The notes under the pieces are model-generated. The model made no database searches. It was not told the DNA's origin and saw nothing but the letters and a program-made list of their open reading frames with translations. The translations under genes were made by a program, and so were the position numbers. Positions 1-13,808 of a stretch of DNA of 64,000 bases are shown here, one piece after another (position 1 is the stretch's first letter; the number at the start of each line of letters is the position of its first letter). The stretch is from Escherichia coli (GTDB lineage: Bacteria > Pseudomonadota > Gammaproteobacteria > Enterobacterales > Enterobacteriaceae), in the NCBI RefSeq assembly GCF_003334405.1, contig NZ_QOWM01000001.1; one strand, given 5' to 3'.

Positions 1-727
1 AGAACTGATTGTCGAAGTGATTGACGGAACGCTCTCACCGCTCGCGCAGGCATTGATGCAAACCGGTTTGCTGCCCGCAGGTGTTACGCCCGAAATCATT
101 ACGCTTTCTGGCGGCGTGGGCGAATGTTATCGCCACCAGCCCGCCGACCCGTTCTGTTTTGCCGATATTGGCCCGCTGCTGGCAACTGCGCTGCATGACC
201 ATCCGCGCCTGCGTGAGATGAACGTACAGTTTCCGGCGCAAACCGTGCGCGCCACGGTGATTGGCGCGGGCGCGCATACCCTTTCGCTCTCTGGCAGCAC
301 AATCTGGCTTGAGGGCGTACAACTGCCGCTGCGCAATTTGCCGGTGGCGATCCCGATTGATGAAACGGATCTGGTGGGGGCCTGGCAACAGGCGCTGATT
401 CAGCTGGATCTTGATCCCAAAACTGACGCGTACGTGCTGGCGCTTCCCGCCTCGCTGCCTGTGCGTTACGCCGCGGTACTGACGGTCATCAACGCGTTGG
501 TCGATTTCGTCGCGCGTTTTCCGAATCCGCATCCCCTGCTGGTGGTGGCCGGGCAGGACTTTGGTAAAGCTCTGGGCATGTTGTTGCGCCCACAGCTACA
601 ACAACTCCCGTTGGCAGTCATTGACGAAGTGATTGTCCGCGCGGGGGACTATATCGACATTGGTACGCCTCTTTTTGGCGGATCGGTTGTGCCGGTGACG
701 GTGAAATCACTCGCATTTCCTTCCTGA
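1..727 (+). CDS. eutA: ethanolamine utilization protein EutA (ammonia-lyase reactivase), 5'-truncated at window edge
   Basis: Open frame runs from the window start to a stop at 725-727, 12 bp upstream of eutB; position and order match the eut operon (eutA-eutB-eutC-eutL-eutK-eutR). Identity by synteny and recollection, not by search. Confidence 0.85.
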   Translation, partial: ELIVEVIDGTLSPLAQALMQTGLLPAGVTPEIITLSGGVGECYRHQPADPFCFADIGPLLATALHDHPRLREMNVQFPAQTVRATVIGAGAHTLSLSGSTIWLEGVQLPLRNLPVAIPIDETDLVGAWQQALIQLDLDPKTDAYVLALPASLPVRYAAVLTVINALVDFVARFPNPHPLLVVAGQDFGKALGMLLRPQLQQLPLAVIDEVIVRAGDYIDIGTPLFGGSVVPVTVKSLAFPS

Positions 728-738
728 GGGAACGACTT

Positions 739-2100
739 ATGAAACTAAAGACCACATTGTTCGGCAATGTATATCAGTTTAAGGATGTAAAAGAGGTGCT
801 GGCTAAAGCCAACGAACTGCGTTCGGGGGATGTGCTGGCGGGCGTCGCAGCGGCAAGCTCACAGGAGCGCGTGGCGGCAAAGCAGGTGTTGTCGGAAATG
901 ACCGTAGCGGACATCCGCAATAATCCGGTGATTGCCTATGAAGATGACTGCGTGACGCGGCTGATTCAGGACGATGTTAACGAAACGGCCTACAACCAGA
1001 TTAAAAACTGGAGCATCAGCGAACTGCGTGAGTATGTGCTGAGCGATGAAACCAGCGTGGACGACATTGCCTTTACCCGCAAAGGGCTGACCTCGGAAGT
1101 GGTCGCGGCGGTAGCGAAGATTTGCTCCAACGCGGACCTGATCTACGGCGCGAAGAAAATGCCGGTAATCAAAAAGGCCAATACCACCATCGGTATTCCG
1201 GGCACCTTTAGCGCCCGTTTGCAGCCAAATGACACCCGTGACGACGTGCAAAGTATCGCCGCGCAAATCTACGAAGGGCTTTCCTTCGGGGTGGGCGATG
1301 CGGTGATCGGCGTTAACCCGGTGACTGACGACGTGGAAAACTTAAGCCGCGTGTTGGATACCATCTATGGCGTGATCGACAAATTCAACATCCCAACTCA
1401 GGGCTGTGTACTGGCGCACGTCACCACCCAGATCGAAGCGATCCGTCGTGGCGCACCGGGCGGGCTGATTTTCCAGAGTATCTGTGGCAGCGAAAAAGGG
1501 CTGAAAGAGTTTGGCGTGGAGCTGGCGATGCTCGACGAAGCGCGCGCAGTGGGCGCGGAGTTCAACCGTATCGCCGGGGAAAACTGCCTCTACTTCGAAA
1601 CCGGACAAGGCTCTGCGCTATCCGCTGGCGCTAACTTCGGCGCAGACCAGGTAACGATGGAAGCACGTAACTACGGGCTGGCGCGTCATTACGATCCGTT
1701 TATCGTCAACACCGTGGTCGGCTTTATTGGGCCGGAGTATCTCTACAACGACCGCCAGATTATCCGTGCTGGCTTAGAAGATCACTTTATGGGCAAGCTG
1801 AGCGGCATCTCTATGGGCTGTGACTGCTGTTATACCAACCACGCTGACGCTGACCAGAACCTCAACGAAAACCTGATGATCCTGCTCGCCACCGCAGGCT
1901 GCAACTACATCATGGGGATGCCGCTGGGTGATGACATCATGCTCAACTACCAGACCACCGCATTCCACGATACCGCCACTGTGCGTCAGTTACTCAACCT
2001 GCGCCCGTCACCGGAGTTTGAACGCTGGCTGGAAAGCATGGGCATTATGGCAAACGGTCGCCTGACCAAACGGGCGGGCGATCCGTCACTGTTCTTCTGA
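739..2100 (+). CDS. eutB: ethanolamine ammonia-lyase heavy chain (453 aa)
   Basis: 453-aa ORF with an RBS; followed 20 bp later by the 295-aa light chain; length and sequence consistent with E. coli EutB. Confidence 0.95.
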   Translation: MKLKTTLFGNVYQFKDVKEVLAKANELRSGDVLAGVAAASSQERVAAKQVLSEMTVADIRNNPVIAYEDDCVTRLIQDDVNETAYNQIKNWSISELREYVLSDETSVDDIAFTRKGLTSEVVAAVAKICSNADLIYGAKKMPVIKKANTTIGIPGTFSARLQPNDTRDDVQSIAAQIYEGLSFGVGDAVIGVNPVTDDVENLSRVLDTIYGVIDKFNIPTQGCVLAHVTTQIEAIRRGAPGGLIFQSICGSEKGLKEFGVELAMLDEARAVGAEFNRIAGENCLYFETGQGSALSAGANFGADQVTMEARNYGLARHYDPFIVNTVVGFIGPEYLYNDRQIIRAGLEDHFMGKLSGISMGCDCCYTNHADADQNLNENLMILLATAGCNYIMGMPLGDDIMLNYQTTAFHDTATVRQLLNLRPSPEFERWLESMGIMANGRLTKRAGDPSLFF

Positions 2101-2120
2101 TGACGCGGAGATAACATATC

Positions 2121-3008
2121 ATGGATCAAAAACAGATTGAAGAAATTGTACGCAGCGTGATGGCGTCAATGGGACAAGCGGCCCCCGCGCCGTCAGAAGC
2201 AAAGTGCGCCACCACCAACTGTGCGGCACCGGTGACCTCGGAAAGCTGTGCGCTGGATTTAGGTTCCGCTGAAGCAAAAGCGTGGATTGGTGTTGAAAAT
2301 CCGCATCGCGCAGACGTATTAACAAAACTGCGCCGCAGCACCGTGGCCCGCGTTTGTACCGGTCGTGCCGGTCCGCGTCCACGTACGCAGGCGCTGCTGC
2401 GTTTCCTGGCCGATCACTCTCGTTCGAAAGATACCGTACTGAAAGAAGTGCCGGAAGAGTGGGTGAAAGCGCAGGGCTTGCTGGAAGTACGCTCTGAAAT
2501 TAGCGACAAAAATCTCTACCTGACTCGCCCGGATATGGGCCGCCGCCTGTGTGCAGAAGCTGTTGAAGCGCTGAAAGCGCAGTGTGTTGCCAATCCGGAC
2601 GTACAGGTCGTTATTTCTGATGGCCTGTCAACTGATGCGATCACCGTGAACTACGAAGAGATCCTGCCACCGCTGATGGCGGGCCTGAAACAGGCCGGGC
2701 TGAAAGTCGGTACACCATTCTTTGTTCGTTATGGTCGCGTGAAGATTGAAGATCAGATCGGTGAGATCCTCGGCGCGAAAGTAGTGATCCTGCTGGTGGG
2801 CGAACGTCCGGGGTTGGGTCAGTCAGAAAGCCTCTCCTGCTACGCCGTTTACTCGCCGCGTATGGCGACCACCGTTGAGGCCGATCGCACCTGTATCTCT
2901 AACATTCACCAGGGCGGCACGCCGCCGGTTGAAGCCGCAGCCGTCATTGTGGATTTGGCGAAACGTATGCTGGAGCAGAAAGCATCCGGCATCAACATGA
3001 CCCGATAA
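2121..3008 (+). CDS. eutC: ethanolamine ammonia-lyase light chain (295 aa)
   Basis: 295-aa ORF immediately downstream of eutB; conserved operon context. Confidence 0.95.
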   Translation: MDQKQIEEIVRSVMASMGQAAPAPSEAKCATTNCAAPVTSESCALDLGSAEAKAWIGVENPHRADVLTKLRRSTVARVCTGRAGPRPRTQALLRFLADHSRSKDTVLKEVPEEWVKAQGLLEVRSEISDKNLYLTRPDMGRRLCAEAVEALKAQCVANPDVQVVISDGLSTDAITVNYEEILPPLMAGLKQAGLKVGTPFFVRYGRVKIEDQIGEILGAKVVILLVGERPGLGQSESLSCYAVYSPRMATTVEADRTCISNIHQGGTPPVEAAAVIVDLAKRMLEQKASGINMTR

Positions 3009-3017
3009 GGAGGCATC

Positions 3018-3677
3018 ATGCCAGCTTTAGATTTGATTCGACCGTCTGTCACCGCTATGCGGGTGATTGCCTCCGTTAACGCCGATTTTGCGCGTGAACT
3101 GAAATTGCCGCCGCATATTCGTAGCCTCGGTCTGATTTCTGCCGACTCCGATGACGTCACCTACATTGCCGCTGATGAAGCGACCAAGCAGGCGATGGTG
3201 GAAGTGGTGTATGGCCGCTCGCTATATGCGGGCGCTGCACACGGCCCGTCACCGACTGCCGGTGAAGTGCTGATTATGCTTGGTGGGCCAAACCCGGCGG
3301 AAGTGCGTGCAGGTCTGGATGCGATGATTGCGCATATTGAAAATGGCGCAGCTTTCCAGTGGGCTAATGACGCGCAAGATACGGCATTCCTGGCACATGT
3401 AGTTTCGCGTACCGGTTCTTATCTCTCATCAACCGCCGGGATCACGCTTGGCGATCCGATGGCGTATCTGGTGGCACCGCCGCTGGAAGCGACCTATGGC
3501 ATTGATGCAGCCCTGAAGTCTGCCGACGTACAGCTGGCGACCTATGTCCCGCCACCGTCTGAAACCAACTACTCGGCAGCATTTTTAACCGGTAGCCAGG
3601 CAGCGTGTAAAGCAGCCTGTAACGCCTTTACCGATGCAGTGCTGGAAATCGCGCGTAATCCAATCCAGCGTGCGTAA
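3018..3677 (+). CDS. eutL: bacterial microcompartment shell protein EutL (219 aa)
   Basis: 219-aa ORF tightly coupled to eutC (9-bp gap); expected position in the eut operon. Confidence 0.92.
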   Translation: MPALDLIRPSVTAMRVIASVNADFARELKLPPHIRSLGLISADSDDVTYIAADEATKQAMVEVVYGRSLYAGAAHGPSPTAGEVLIMLGGPNPAEVRAGLDAMIAHIENGAAFQWANDAQDTAFLAHVVSRTGSYLSSTAGITLGDPMAYLVAPPLEATYGIDAALKSADVQLATYVPPPSETNYSAAFLTGSQAACKAACNAFTDAVLEIARNPIQRA

Positions 3678-3689
3678 CGGAGGTTGCCG

Positions 3690-4190
3690 ATGATCAATGC
3701 ACTGGGATTGCTGGAAGTGGACGGCATGGTCGCCGCGATAGATGCAGCGGATGCCATGCTCAAAGCAGCTAACGTTCGTCTGCTCAGTCACGAAGTGCTT
3801 GACCCTGGTCGCTTAACGCTGGTGGTGGAAGGCGATCTGGCGGCGTGTCGTGCGGCGCTGGACGCAGGTTGTGCTGCCGCGATGCGTACCGGGCGTGTCA
3901 TCAGCCGCAAGGAGATCGGTCGGCCAGACGATGACACCCAGTGGCTGGTTACTGGCTTTAACCGCCAGCCGAAGCAACCCGTAAGGGAACCCGACGCGCC
4001 AGTTATCGTCGCGGAATCTGCTGACGAGTTGTTGGCGCTGTTAACATCAGTACGTCAGGGAATGACGGCAGGAGAAGTGGCTGCCCACTTTGGCTGGCCG
4101 CTGGAAAAAGCCAGAAATGCGCTCGAACAGCTCTTTTCTGCCGGGACGTTACGTAAACGCAGTAGTCGTTATCGTCTCAAGCCCCATTAA
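3690..4190 (+). CDS. eutK: microcompartment shell protein EutK (166 aa)
   Basis: ORF track starts at TTG 3684; the ATG at 3690 with GGAGG 6 nt upstream gives the expected 166 aa (MINALGLLEVDGM...). Confidence 0.88.
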   Translation: MINALGLLEVDGMVAAIDAADAMLKAANVRLLSHEVLDPGRLTLVVEGDLAACRAALDAGCAAAMRTGRVISRKEIGRPDDDTQWLVTGFNRQPKQPVREPDAPVIVAESADELLALLTSVRQGMTAGEVAAHFGWPLEKARNALEQLFSAGTLRKRSSRYRLKPH

Positions 4191-4235
4191 CCTGTCGGAG
4201 GTGCCGGGTGTCCTACAACACCCGGCATTAACATC

Positions 4236-5288
4236 ATGAAAAAGACCCGTACAGCCAATTTGCACCATCTTTATCATGAACCCTTACCCGAAAACCTGAA
4301 GCTCACGCCGAAGGTCGAAGTGGATAATGTTCATCAACGACAGACAACGGATGTCTATGAACATGCTTTAACGATTACCGCCTGGCAGCAGATTTACGAT
4401 CAGCTGCATCCGGGCAAGTTTCATGGTGAATTTACGGAAATTCTACTCGATGATATTCAGGTTTTTCGTGAATACACCGGTCTGGCGCTGCGTCAGTCGT
4501 GCCTGGTCTGGCCGAACTCGTTCTGGTTTGGCATTCCGGCGACGCGCGGTGAGCAGGGATTTATCGGTTCGCAATGTCTGGGAAGCGCGGAAATCGCCAC
4601 CCGCCCTGGTGGCACTGAATTTGAACTGAGCACGCCGGATGATTACACGATCCTGGGCGTGGTGCTTTCTGAAGATGTCATCACCCGGCAGGCTAACTTT
4701 TTGCATAACCCGGATCGGGTATTACATATGTTGCGTAACCAGTCGGCGCTGGAAGTGAAAGAGCAGCATAAAGCCGCGCTGTGGGGCTTTGTCCAACAGG
4801 CGCTGGCGACGTTTTGCGAGAATCCGGAAAATCTCCATCAGCCTGCAGTGCGAAAAGTGCTGGGGGATAATTTGCTAATGGCGATGGGGGCCATGCTGGA
4901 AGAAGCGCAACCAATGGTGACGGCGGAAAGCATCAGTCATCAGAGTTACCGTCGATTGCTTTCCCGCGCCCGTGAATATGTGCTGGAAAACATGTCCGAA
5001 CCGGTGACGGTGCTGGATTTGTGTAATCAACTGCATGTCAGCCGCCGCACGCTACAAAACGCGTTTCACGCTATTTTAGGCATTGGCCCGAACGCGTGGC
5101 TGAAACGCATTCGCCTGAACGCCGTACGCCGCGAACTGATAAGTCCGTGGTCGCAAAGTATGACGGTAAAAGACGCCGCCATGCAGTGGGGATTCTGGCA
5201 TCTGGGGCAATTTGCCACGGATTACCAGCAGCTGTTTTCCGAGAAGCCGTCACTGACGCTGCATCAGCGGATGCGGGAGTGGGGGTGA
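4236..5288 (+). CDS. eutR: AraC-family transcriptional activator of the eut operon (350 aa)
   Basis: 350-aa ORF with a C-terminal AraC-type HTH region; last gene of the eut cluster. Confidence 0.93.
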
Positions 5289-5293
5289 GGGAG

Positions 5294-6196
<903 letters not shown>

Positions 6197-7066
6197 TTAT
6201 CGCTTTTTCGAATGTGCTTTCTGGTTGTCGAACCAGTGGAAATAACTGATCACGCCTTCAGCAATCGCTGTGGCGATTTTCTGACGAAACGCCGCCGTGC
6301 CTAACAGCCGTTCTTCTTCCGGGTTGGTGATAAACGAGGTTTCCACCAGCACCGAAGGAACCGACGGTGATTTCAACACCACAAATGCCGCTTGTTCGGT
6401 GTTGCGGCTGTGCAGTTTATGCACCGGCTTAATCTTCTTCAGAATATGCGAGCCGAGCGTCAGACTATTTTTAATGGTATCTGTTTGCACCAGATCAAAC
6501 AGCACTTGTTGCAATAGGTGATCCTTGTCAGTCGCCTTTTTACCGGCAACTTCATCGGCGCGGTTTTCGCGTTCAGACAGGTATTTCGCCATTGCGCTAC
6601 TTGCCCCACGGTTAGAGAGGGCAAATACCGAAGCACCGGCAGCTTTCGGGTTGGTAAAGCCATCGGCATGAATTGACATAAACAGATCTGCGCCATGTTT
6701 ATGGGCGATTTCAACGCGATCGTAAAGTGGGATAAACGTATCGCCAGAACGCGTTAAACGCGCATCAATCCCATGATTACGCAAAATGGAACGGACGTTT
6801 TTAGCAATCGCCAGCACCACATGTTTTTCTTTCGAACCGTTGCGTCCGATCGCTCCGGTATCAATTCCGCCGTGACCTGGATCGAGAACAACGACACGTT
6901 TGCCGCCAGATTTTTTGGCTTTCGGCTTGCTGTGTCCGTTGCTGGTTTTTAAAAGTTCGTCTTTGGCGATGGCTTGCGACATTCCTGACAACGTCAGGGC
7001 AGCCAAACCGGCTTTCAGCACCTGGCGGCGCGAAGTGAGTGTTTTTAGTGGTTTAAAAGTGCTCAT
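6197..7066 (-). CDS. amiA: N-acetylmuramoyl-L-alanine amidase AmiA (289 aa)
   Basis: 289-aa ORF with an N-terminal twin-arginine signal (SRRQVLKAG) and an amidase_3-type catalytic region. Confidence 0.94.
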   Translation of the reverse strand: MSTFKPLKTLTSRRQVLKAGLAALTLSGMSQAIAKDELLKTSNGHSKPKAKKSGGKRVVVLDPGHGGIDTGAIGRNGSKEKHVVLAIAKNVRSILRNHGIDARLTRSGDTFIPLYDRVEIAHKHGADLFMSIHADGFTNPKAAGASVFALSNRGASSAMAKYLSERENRADEVAGKKATDKDHLLQQVLFDLVQTDTIKNSLTLGSHILKKIKPVHKLHSRNTEQAAFVVLKSPSVPSVLVETSFITNPEEERLLGTAAFRQKIATAIAEGVISYFHWFDNQKAHSKKR

Positions 7067-7279
7067 ACGGCCTGAGTTGTAATAATAAAGTTCCAGATGT
7101 TATATCGTATCGCGTAATCCGTTACGACGGTTTGCTGTTGAGAATTGTTTTACTTTTCATTTCAATAGTTGACAACTCCCCATTATGCCACTTTTTCAAC
7201 CGATTTTCGTCAGATATTGGCTAATTCGACCGTTCACGCCATAATCAGCCTTTTAACCCGCAAAAAGGTAACGAATACC

Positions 7280-7705
7280 ATGGAGATACGCGTATTTCGC
7301 CAGGAAGATTTCGAAGAGGTCATCACCCTTTGGGAGCGTTGCGACTTGCTGCGTCCGTGGAACGATCCGGAAATGGACATCGAGCGTAAGATGAACCATG
7401 ACGTCAGTTTGTTTTTGGTCGCTGAGGTAAACGGTGACGTGGTCGGAACGGTGATGGGCGGTTATGACGGGCATCGCGGGTCTGCTTATTATCTTGGCGT
7501 GCATCCAGAGTTTCGTGGGCGTGGGATTGCCAATGCGTTGCTTAATCGGCTGGAGAAAAAGCTGATTGCTCGTGGCTGCCCGAAAATTCAGATCAATGTG
7601 CCGGAAGATAACGACATGGTGCTCGGAATGTATGAACGCCTGGGATATGAACACGCCGACGTGCTGAGTCTGGGTAAGCGTTTGATTGAAGATGAAGAGT
7701 ACTGA
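7280..7705 (+). CDS. ypeA: GNAT-family N-acetyltransferase (141 aa)
   Basis: ORF track extends to 7169; the ATG at 7280 ([14 protein letters not shown]...) gives the expected 141 aa with a GNAT fold signature. Confidence 0.85.
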   Translation: MEIRVFRQEDFEEVITLWERCDLLRPWNDPEMDIERKMNHDVSLFLVAEVNGDVVGTVMGGYDGHRGSAYYLGVHPEFRGRGIANALLNRLEKKLIARGCPKIQINVPEDNDMVLGMYERLGYEHADVLSLGKRLIEDEEY

Positions 7706-8141
7706 GTTTCATCCTGTCCATTATGATGCGCACGGTCGCCTGCGTTTACCCTTGCTCTTCTGGCTTGTGCTATTGCTTCAGGCGCGAACCTGGGTGCTGT
7801 TTGTCATTGCCGGTGCGTCGCGCGAGCAGGGTACTGCGCTGCTAAATCTGTTTTATCCCGATCACGATAATTTCTGGCTGGGGCTGATTCCTGGCATTCC
7901 GGCGGTGCTGGCGTTTTTGTTGAGCGGTCGGCGGGCTACGTTTCCTCGCACCTGGCGTGTACTCTATTTTCTGTTGCTGTTGGCGCAGGTGGTTTTACTT
8001 TGCTGGCAACCGTGGCTGTGGCTGAACGGTGAATCCGTTAGCGGTATCGGTCTGGCGCTGGTAGTGGCGGATATTGTGGCGTTAATCTGGCTGCTGACCA
8101 ATCGACGTTTACGCGCTTGTTTTAATGAAGTAAAAGAATAA
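7692..8141 (+). CDS. yfeZ: inner membrane protein YfeZ (149 aa)
   Basis: Hydrophobic multi-TM ORF; ATG at 7692 overlaps the ypeA 3' end; the track start at 7686 is a TTG. Confidence 0.8.
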   Translation: MKSTEFHPVHYDAHGRLRLPLLFWLVLLLQARTWVLFVIAGASREQGTALLNLFYPDHDNFWLGLIPGIPAVLAFLLSGRRATFPRTWRVLYFLLLLAQVVLLCWQPWLWLNGESVSGIGLALVVADIVALIWLLTNRRLRACFNEVKE

Positions 8142-8201
8142 CGGCACTTTTTGGTGAATTTGCACTCCAAGCAACGTTATTGAATAACCAAAGGAAGTGA
8201 C

Positions 8202-8777
8202 ATGAAATCGCTGCGTTTAATGTTATGCGCTATGCCATTGATGCTGACCGGCTGTTCCACGATGTCGTCAGTTAACTGGTCTGCCGCTAACCCGTGGAAC
8301 TGGTTTGGGTCGTCCACCAAAGTGAGCGAGCAGGGCGTGGGTGAATTAACGGCGTCCACACCACTGCAAGAACAAGCCATTGCCGATGCGCTTGATGGCG
8401 ATTATCGCCTGCGCAGCGGAATGAAAACCGCGAACGGCAACGTGGTGCGCTTTTTTGAAGTGATGAAGGGCGACAACGTGGCGATGGTGATTAACGGCGA
8501 TCAAGGCACGATCAGTCGCATTGACGTGCTGGATAGCGATATTCCTGCTGACACCGGTGTTAAAATCGGTACACCGTTTAGCGACCTTTACAGCAAAGCA
8601 TTTGGCAATTGCCAAAAAGCTGATGGTGATGATAATCGTGCCGTCGAATGTAAAGCCGAAGGCAGTCAACATATTAGCTACCAGTTCAGCGGGGAATGGC
8701 GTGGTCCTGAAGGGTTAATGCCTTCGGACGATACCCTGAAAAACTGGAAAGTCAGTAAAATTATCTGGCGGCGTTAA
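8202..8777 (+). CDS. yfeY: lipoprotein YfeY (191 aa)
   Basis: Signal peptide ending in lipobox LTGCS; 191 aa. Confidence 0.85.
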   Translation: MKSLRLMLCAMPLMLTGCSTMSSVNWSAANPWNWFGSSTKVSEQGVGELTASTPLQEQAIADALDGDYRLRSGMKTANGNVVRFFEVMKGDNVAMVINGDQGTISRIDVLDSDIPADTGVKIGTPFSDLYSKAFGNCQKADGDDNRAVECKAEGSQHISYQFSGEWRGPEGLMPSDDTLKNWKVSKIIWRR

Positions 8778-8788
8778 TTTGCGTCTGA

Positions 8789-9772
<984 letters not shown>

Positions 9773-9794
9773 GCGTTTCTGATTCATTGATTAA

Positions 9795-9824
9795 AGGCCA
9801 GGCAGTAACATTACTGACTGGCCT
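9795..9824. repeat. stem-loop copy 1 (ggccag-g-cagtaa-ca-ttactg-a-ctggcc) directly after the yfeX stop
   Basis: Hairpin seen in sequence; an imperfect copy (2 mismatches over about 28 bp) recurs at 9977-10006, on the far side of the BIME. Confidence 0.7.
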
Positions 9825-9849
9825 CAGATTGTTGACCAAGTGCGCGTTG

Positions 9850-9955
9850 TACACGCCGGATGCGGCGTGAACGCCTTATCCGGCCTACGAAATCGTGCTA
9901 ATTCAATATATTGTGGGCTCCACGTAGGCCTGATAAGCGTAGCGCATCAGGCAGT
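9850..9955. repeat. BIME: two inverted REP (repetitive extragenic palindrome) units
   Basis: REP-type palindromes gccggatgcggcgtgaacgccttatccggcctac and gtaggcctgataagcgtagcgcatcaggc; the six-frame ORFs here are spurious. Confidence 0.85.
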
Positions 9956-9976
9956 TTTGCGTTTGTCAGCACTCTC

Positions 9977-10011
9977 AGACCAGCCAGTAACATTACTGAC
10001 TGGCCTTTTTA
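9977..10011 (+). terminator. intrinsic terminator (hairpin copy 2 plus T-run) for yfeX-direction transcripts
   Basis: Hairpin gaccagccagtaacattactgactggcc followed by TTTTT; sits just before the yfeW stop on the opposite strand. Confidence 0.6.
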
Positions 10012-11316
10012 TTACTTCTGCTTTAACGCCGCATACACCTGATCAACTACCCAACCATAAGTTGCAATCGGCAACTGACCGCTTTCGAACATATTGGGAT
10101 TCTTTTGCGGATCGGCAACCGGCGAATGTGGCTTGTTGCTTAACATCACAATCGTCATATGATTCACCGGATCGATAACGGTCACCGTTCCGGTCCAGCC
10201 AGTGTGACCGTAGGTTTGCGGGCTTGCCAGCGTGCCAAACGTCGGCGTCATGGTGGCATTACCATTCACGCGCCAGCCGAGGCCAAAAGTGGCATCTTCC
10301 TTAGAGCTGGTGGTGAACATCTTCACCGTTTCCGCATTGAACAGCTGCACATCACCATAGCCCCCGCCGTTCAGCATCGTTTGCATTAACACCGCAATAT
10401 CGCCGGTATTGGAAAACAAACCTGCGTGCCCGGAAACGCCGCCCATCGAATAAAAGGCTTTTTCATCGTGCACCTGACCCCAGAGAGTGGAGGTGCGGAT
10501 ATTCGGGAAATGGATCACGCCATCGCGGGTATTGCCGTTCAATTCCGTGGCGGCAATTTGTTGCGGTTTAAAGCCTTTCAGCAGCGGGTTAAATACCGTA
10601 TGTGTCAGGCCGAGCGGGCGATAAATCGACTCTTCAACATAGCGGTCAAGCGGCTGACCGGTAACCGACTCGACGATAAATCCAAGCAGCATATAATCGA
10701 CATCGCTGTAGATATGTTTGCTGCCGGGCTGATATTCCAGCGGCGTGCGCTTGATCATCTCCAGCGTCTGGCCTTTATCCTGGGAATATAACGCGCCCGC
10801 GACCGCTTTATTCGGGTATTGCGGATCTGCCGGGAAACCGCCGCTGTGATGCAGCAGGTCAGAAATCCGCAGGGTGTTTTTGCCTTTAATGGTGTCATTT
10901 GGACTATCGGCAAACCCCGGAATATATTTCGCAATCCGATCGTCAGGATGCAGTTTGCCTTCGCTCATCAGCTTTTGCAGGGCGAAGTTCGTGGCGTACA
11001 TTTTGGTGTTTGAGGCCAGGTCATACAGCGTCCCGGTGGTGGCTTTGACAGGCTGTTCCATCAACACGCTGCCATCGTACTTTTTCGCCGCTCCCCAGGC
11101 TTTGCGATACACAATCTGATTATCTTTAATGATCAGCAGGTTTACGCTGGGATAACCGACATCAACTTGCTGGCTAATCCAGCGATCCATCTGGTTAAGC
11201 CGTTCGACGTTAAACCCTGCTTTCTCTGGCGAGCTTTCTGTCAGAACAGGGTATTTTGCGGCGCTGACGCTACAACTAACAGCCAGCAGAGAAAGATAGA
11301 GCATTGTCCGTTTCAT
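10012..11316 (-). CDS. yfeW: penicillin-binding protein 4B, beta-lactamase-family DD-peptidase (434 aa)
   Basis: SxxK active-site motif (ASNTK) in the translation; start at 11316 lies 4 bp downstream of the murP stop; the track ORF is extended to 11403. Confidence 0.9.
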   Translation of the reverse strand: MKRTMLYLSLLAVSCSVSAAKYPVLTESSPEKAGFNVERLNQMDRWISQQVDVGYPSVNLLIIKDNQIVYRKAWGAAKKYDGSVLMEQPVKATTGTLYDLASNTKMYATNFALQKLMSEGKLHPDDRIAKYIPGFADSPNDTIKGKNTLRISDLLHHSGGFPADPQYPNKAVAGALYSQDKGQTLEMIKRTPLEYQPGSKHIYSDVDYMLLGFIVESVTGQPLDRYVEESIYRPLGLTHTVFNPLLKGFKPQQIAATELNGNTRDGVIHFPNIRTSTLWGQVHDEKAFYSMGGVSGHAGLFSNTGDIAVLMQTMLNGGGYGDVQLFNAETVKMFTTSSKEDATFGLGWRVNGNATMTPTFGTLASPQTYGHTGWTGTVTVIDPVNHMTIVMLSNKPHSPVADPQKNPNMFESGQLPIATYGWVVDQVYAALKQK

Positions 11317-11320
11317 GATA

Positions 11321-12745
<1,425 letters not shown>

Positions 12746-12748
12746 GGG

Positions 12749-13645
12749 TTATTCCTTGTCTAAAACCTGACGAATAAAGCCGCCGTGTTGATCCAGGCGT
12801 TTTTTAGCTTCTGCGGCATCGAGATTTTTCAGCACCATCACAATGGCCGTTTTACAGTTGCGCTCGCAAGCAATTAACGCCGCTTCCGCTTGCTCTGCGC
12901 TACATCCGGTGGCGTTTTTAACAATATTGACCTGTCGCACATGCAGTTTTTCGTTGGTGGCGACCACATCGACCATCAGGTTGCCGAACACTTTGCCGGA
13001 TTTAATCATCAGCCCGGTGGAAAGCATATTGAGCACCAGTTTCTGCGCTGTACCTGCTTTCATCCGCGAAGAACCGGTAACAACTTCGGCACCTACAATC
13101 GGTGTAATGGCAAACTCAGCGGTGGTTGAAACGGCGCTCCCCGGATTACAGGAAATTCCCACTGTGCGGCAGCCGAGCTGGCGTGCGTATTCCAGTCCGG
13201 CAATCACATACGGCGTGCGACCGCTGGCAGCAATGCCAACCACCACATCCTGTGCCGTTAAATTAATATTTTTCAGATCATTAACACCGCCTTCCCGGCT
13301 ATCTTCCGCGCCTTCCACCGCGTGCTGAATGGCATATTCGCCGCCAGCAATCAAACCAACCACCAGACCCGGTTTCACGCCGTAGGTGGGCGGACATTCG
13401 CTGGCATCCAGAATCCCCAGACGACCGGATGTTCCCGCACCGAGGTAAATCAGACGCCCGCCGCCGCTTACCTGGGCGTGGATAACATCGATCGCCGCGG
13501 CGATATCCGGCAGTACGCGCTCAACGGCAAGCGGTACGGTTTTATCTTCATCGTTGATAATCCGGCACATTTCCAGCGTCGATACGCGGTCAATTTCAGC
13601 CGAGGCGGTGTTCGAGCCTTCAGTAATCATCTTTTCAAATTGCAT
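12749..13645 (-). CDS. murQ: N-acetylmuramic acid 6-phosphate etherase (298 aa)
   Basis: SIS-domain protein of 298 aa; first gene of the murQP-yfeW unit, divergent from murR. Confidence 0.95.
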
Positions 13646-13808
13646 CGGTGGTGACCTTACTATTTACGATCAAATAATTGCAGATGTATGGAATCATATA
13701 TCCCGAATTGACAGGCTTAAAGGAATCATTGAGTCTACACTCGCAGAGTGTGAAGAGCGTCATAAGAACTTAAGCGGAATTTATGCTGCCAGCCCAGGAG
13801 AGTGGAAG

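Noticed and set aside
4205-4228. Stem-loop ccgggtgt-cctacaa-cacccgg between eutK and eutR
   Set aside because: No following T-run and no REP signature; could be a weak attenuator or mRNA-stability element, but the evidence is insufficient to annotate it.
9840-10178. 112-aa ORF at 9840-10178 and 60-aa ORF at 20743-20925 with near-identical N-terminal peptides (..AGCGVNALSGL.NRANSIYC..)
   Set aside because: Both are translations through the two copies of the same BIME/REP repeat; the shared peptide reflects the repeated DNA, not a gene family.
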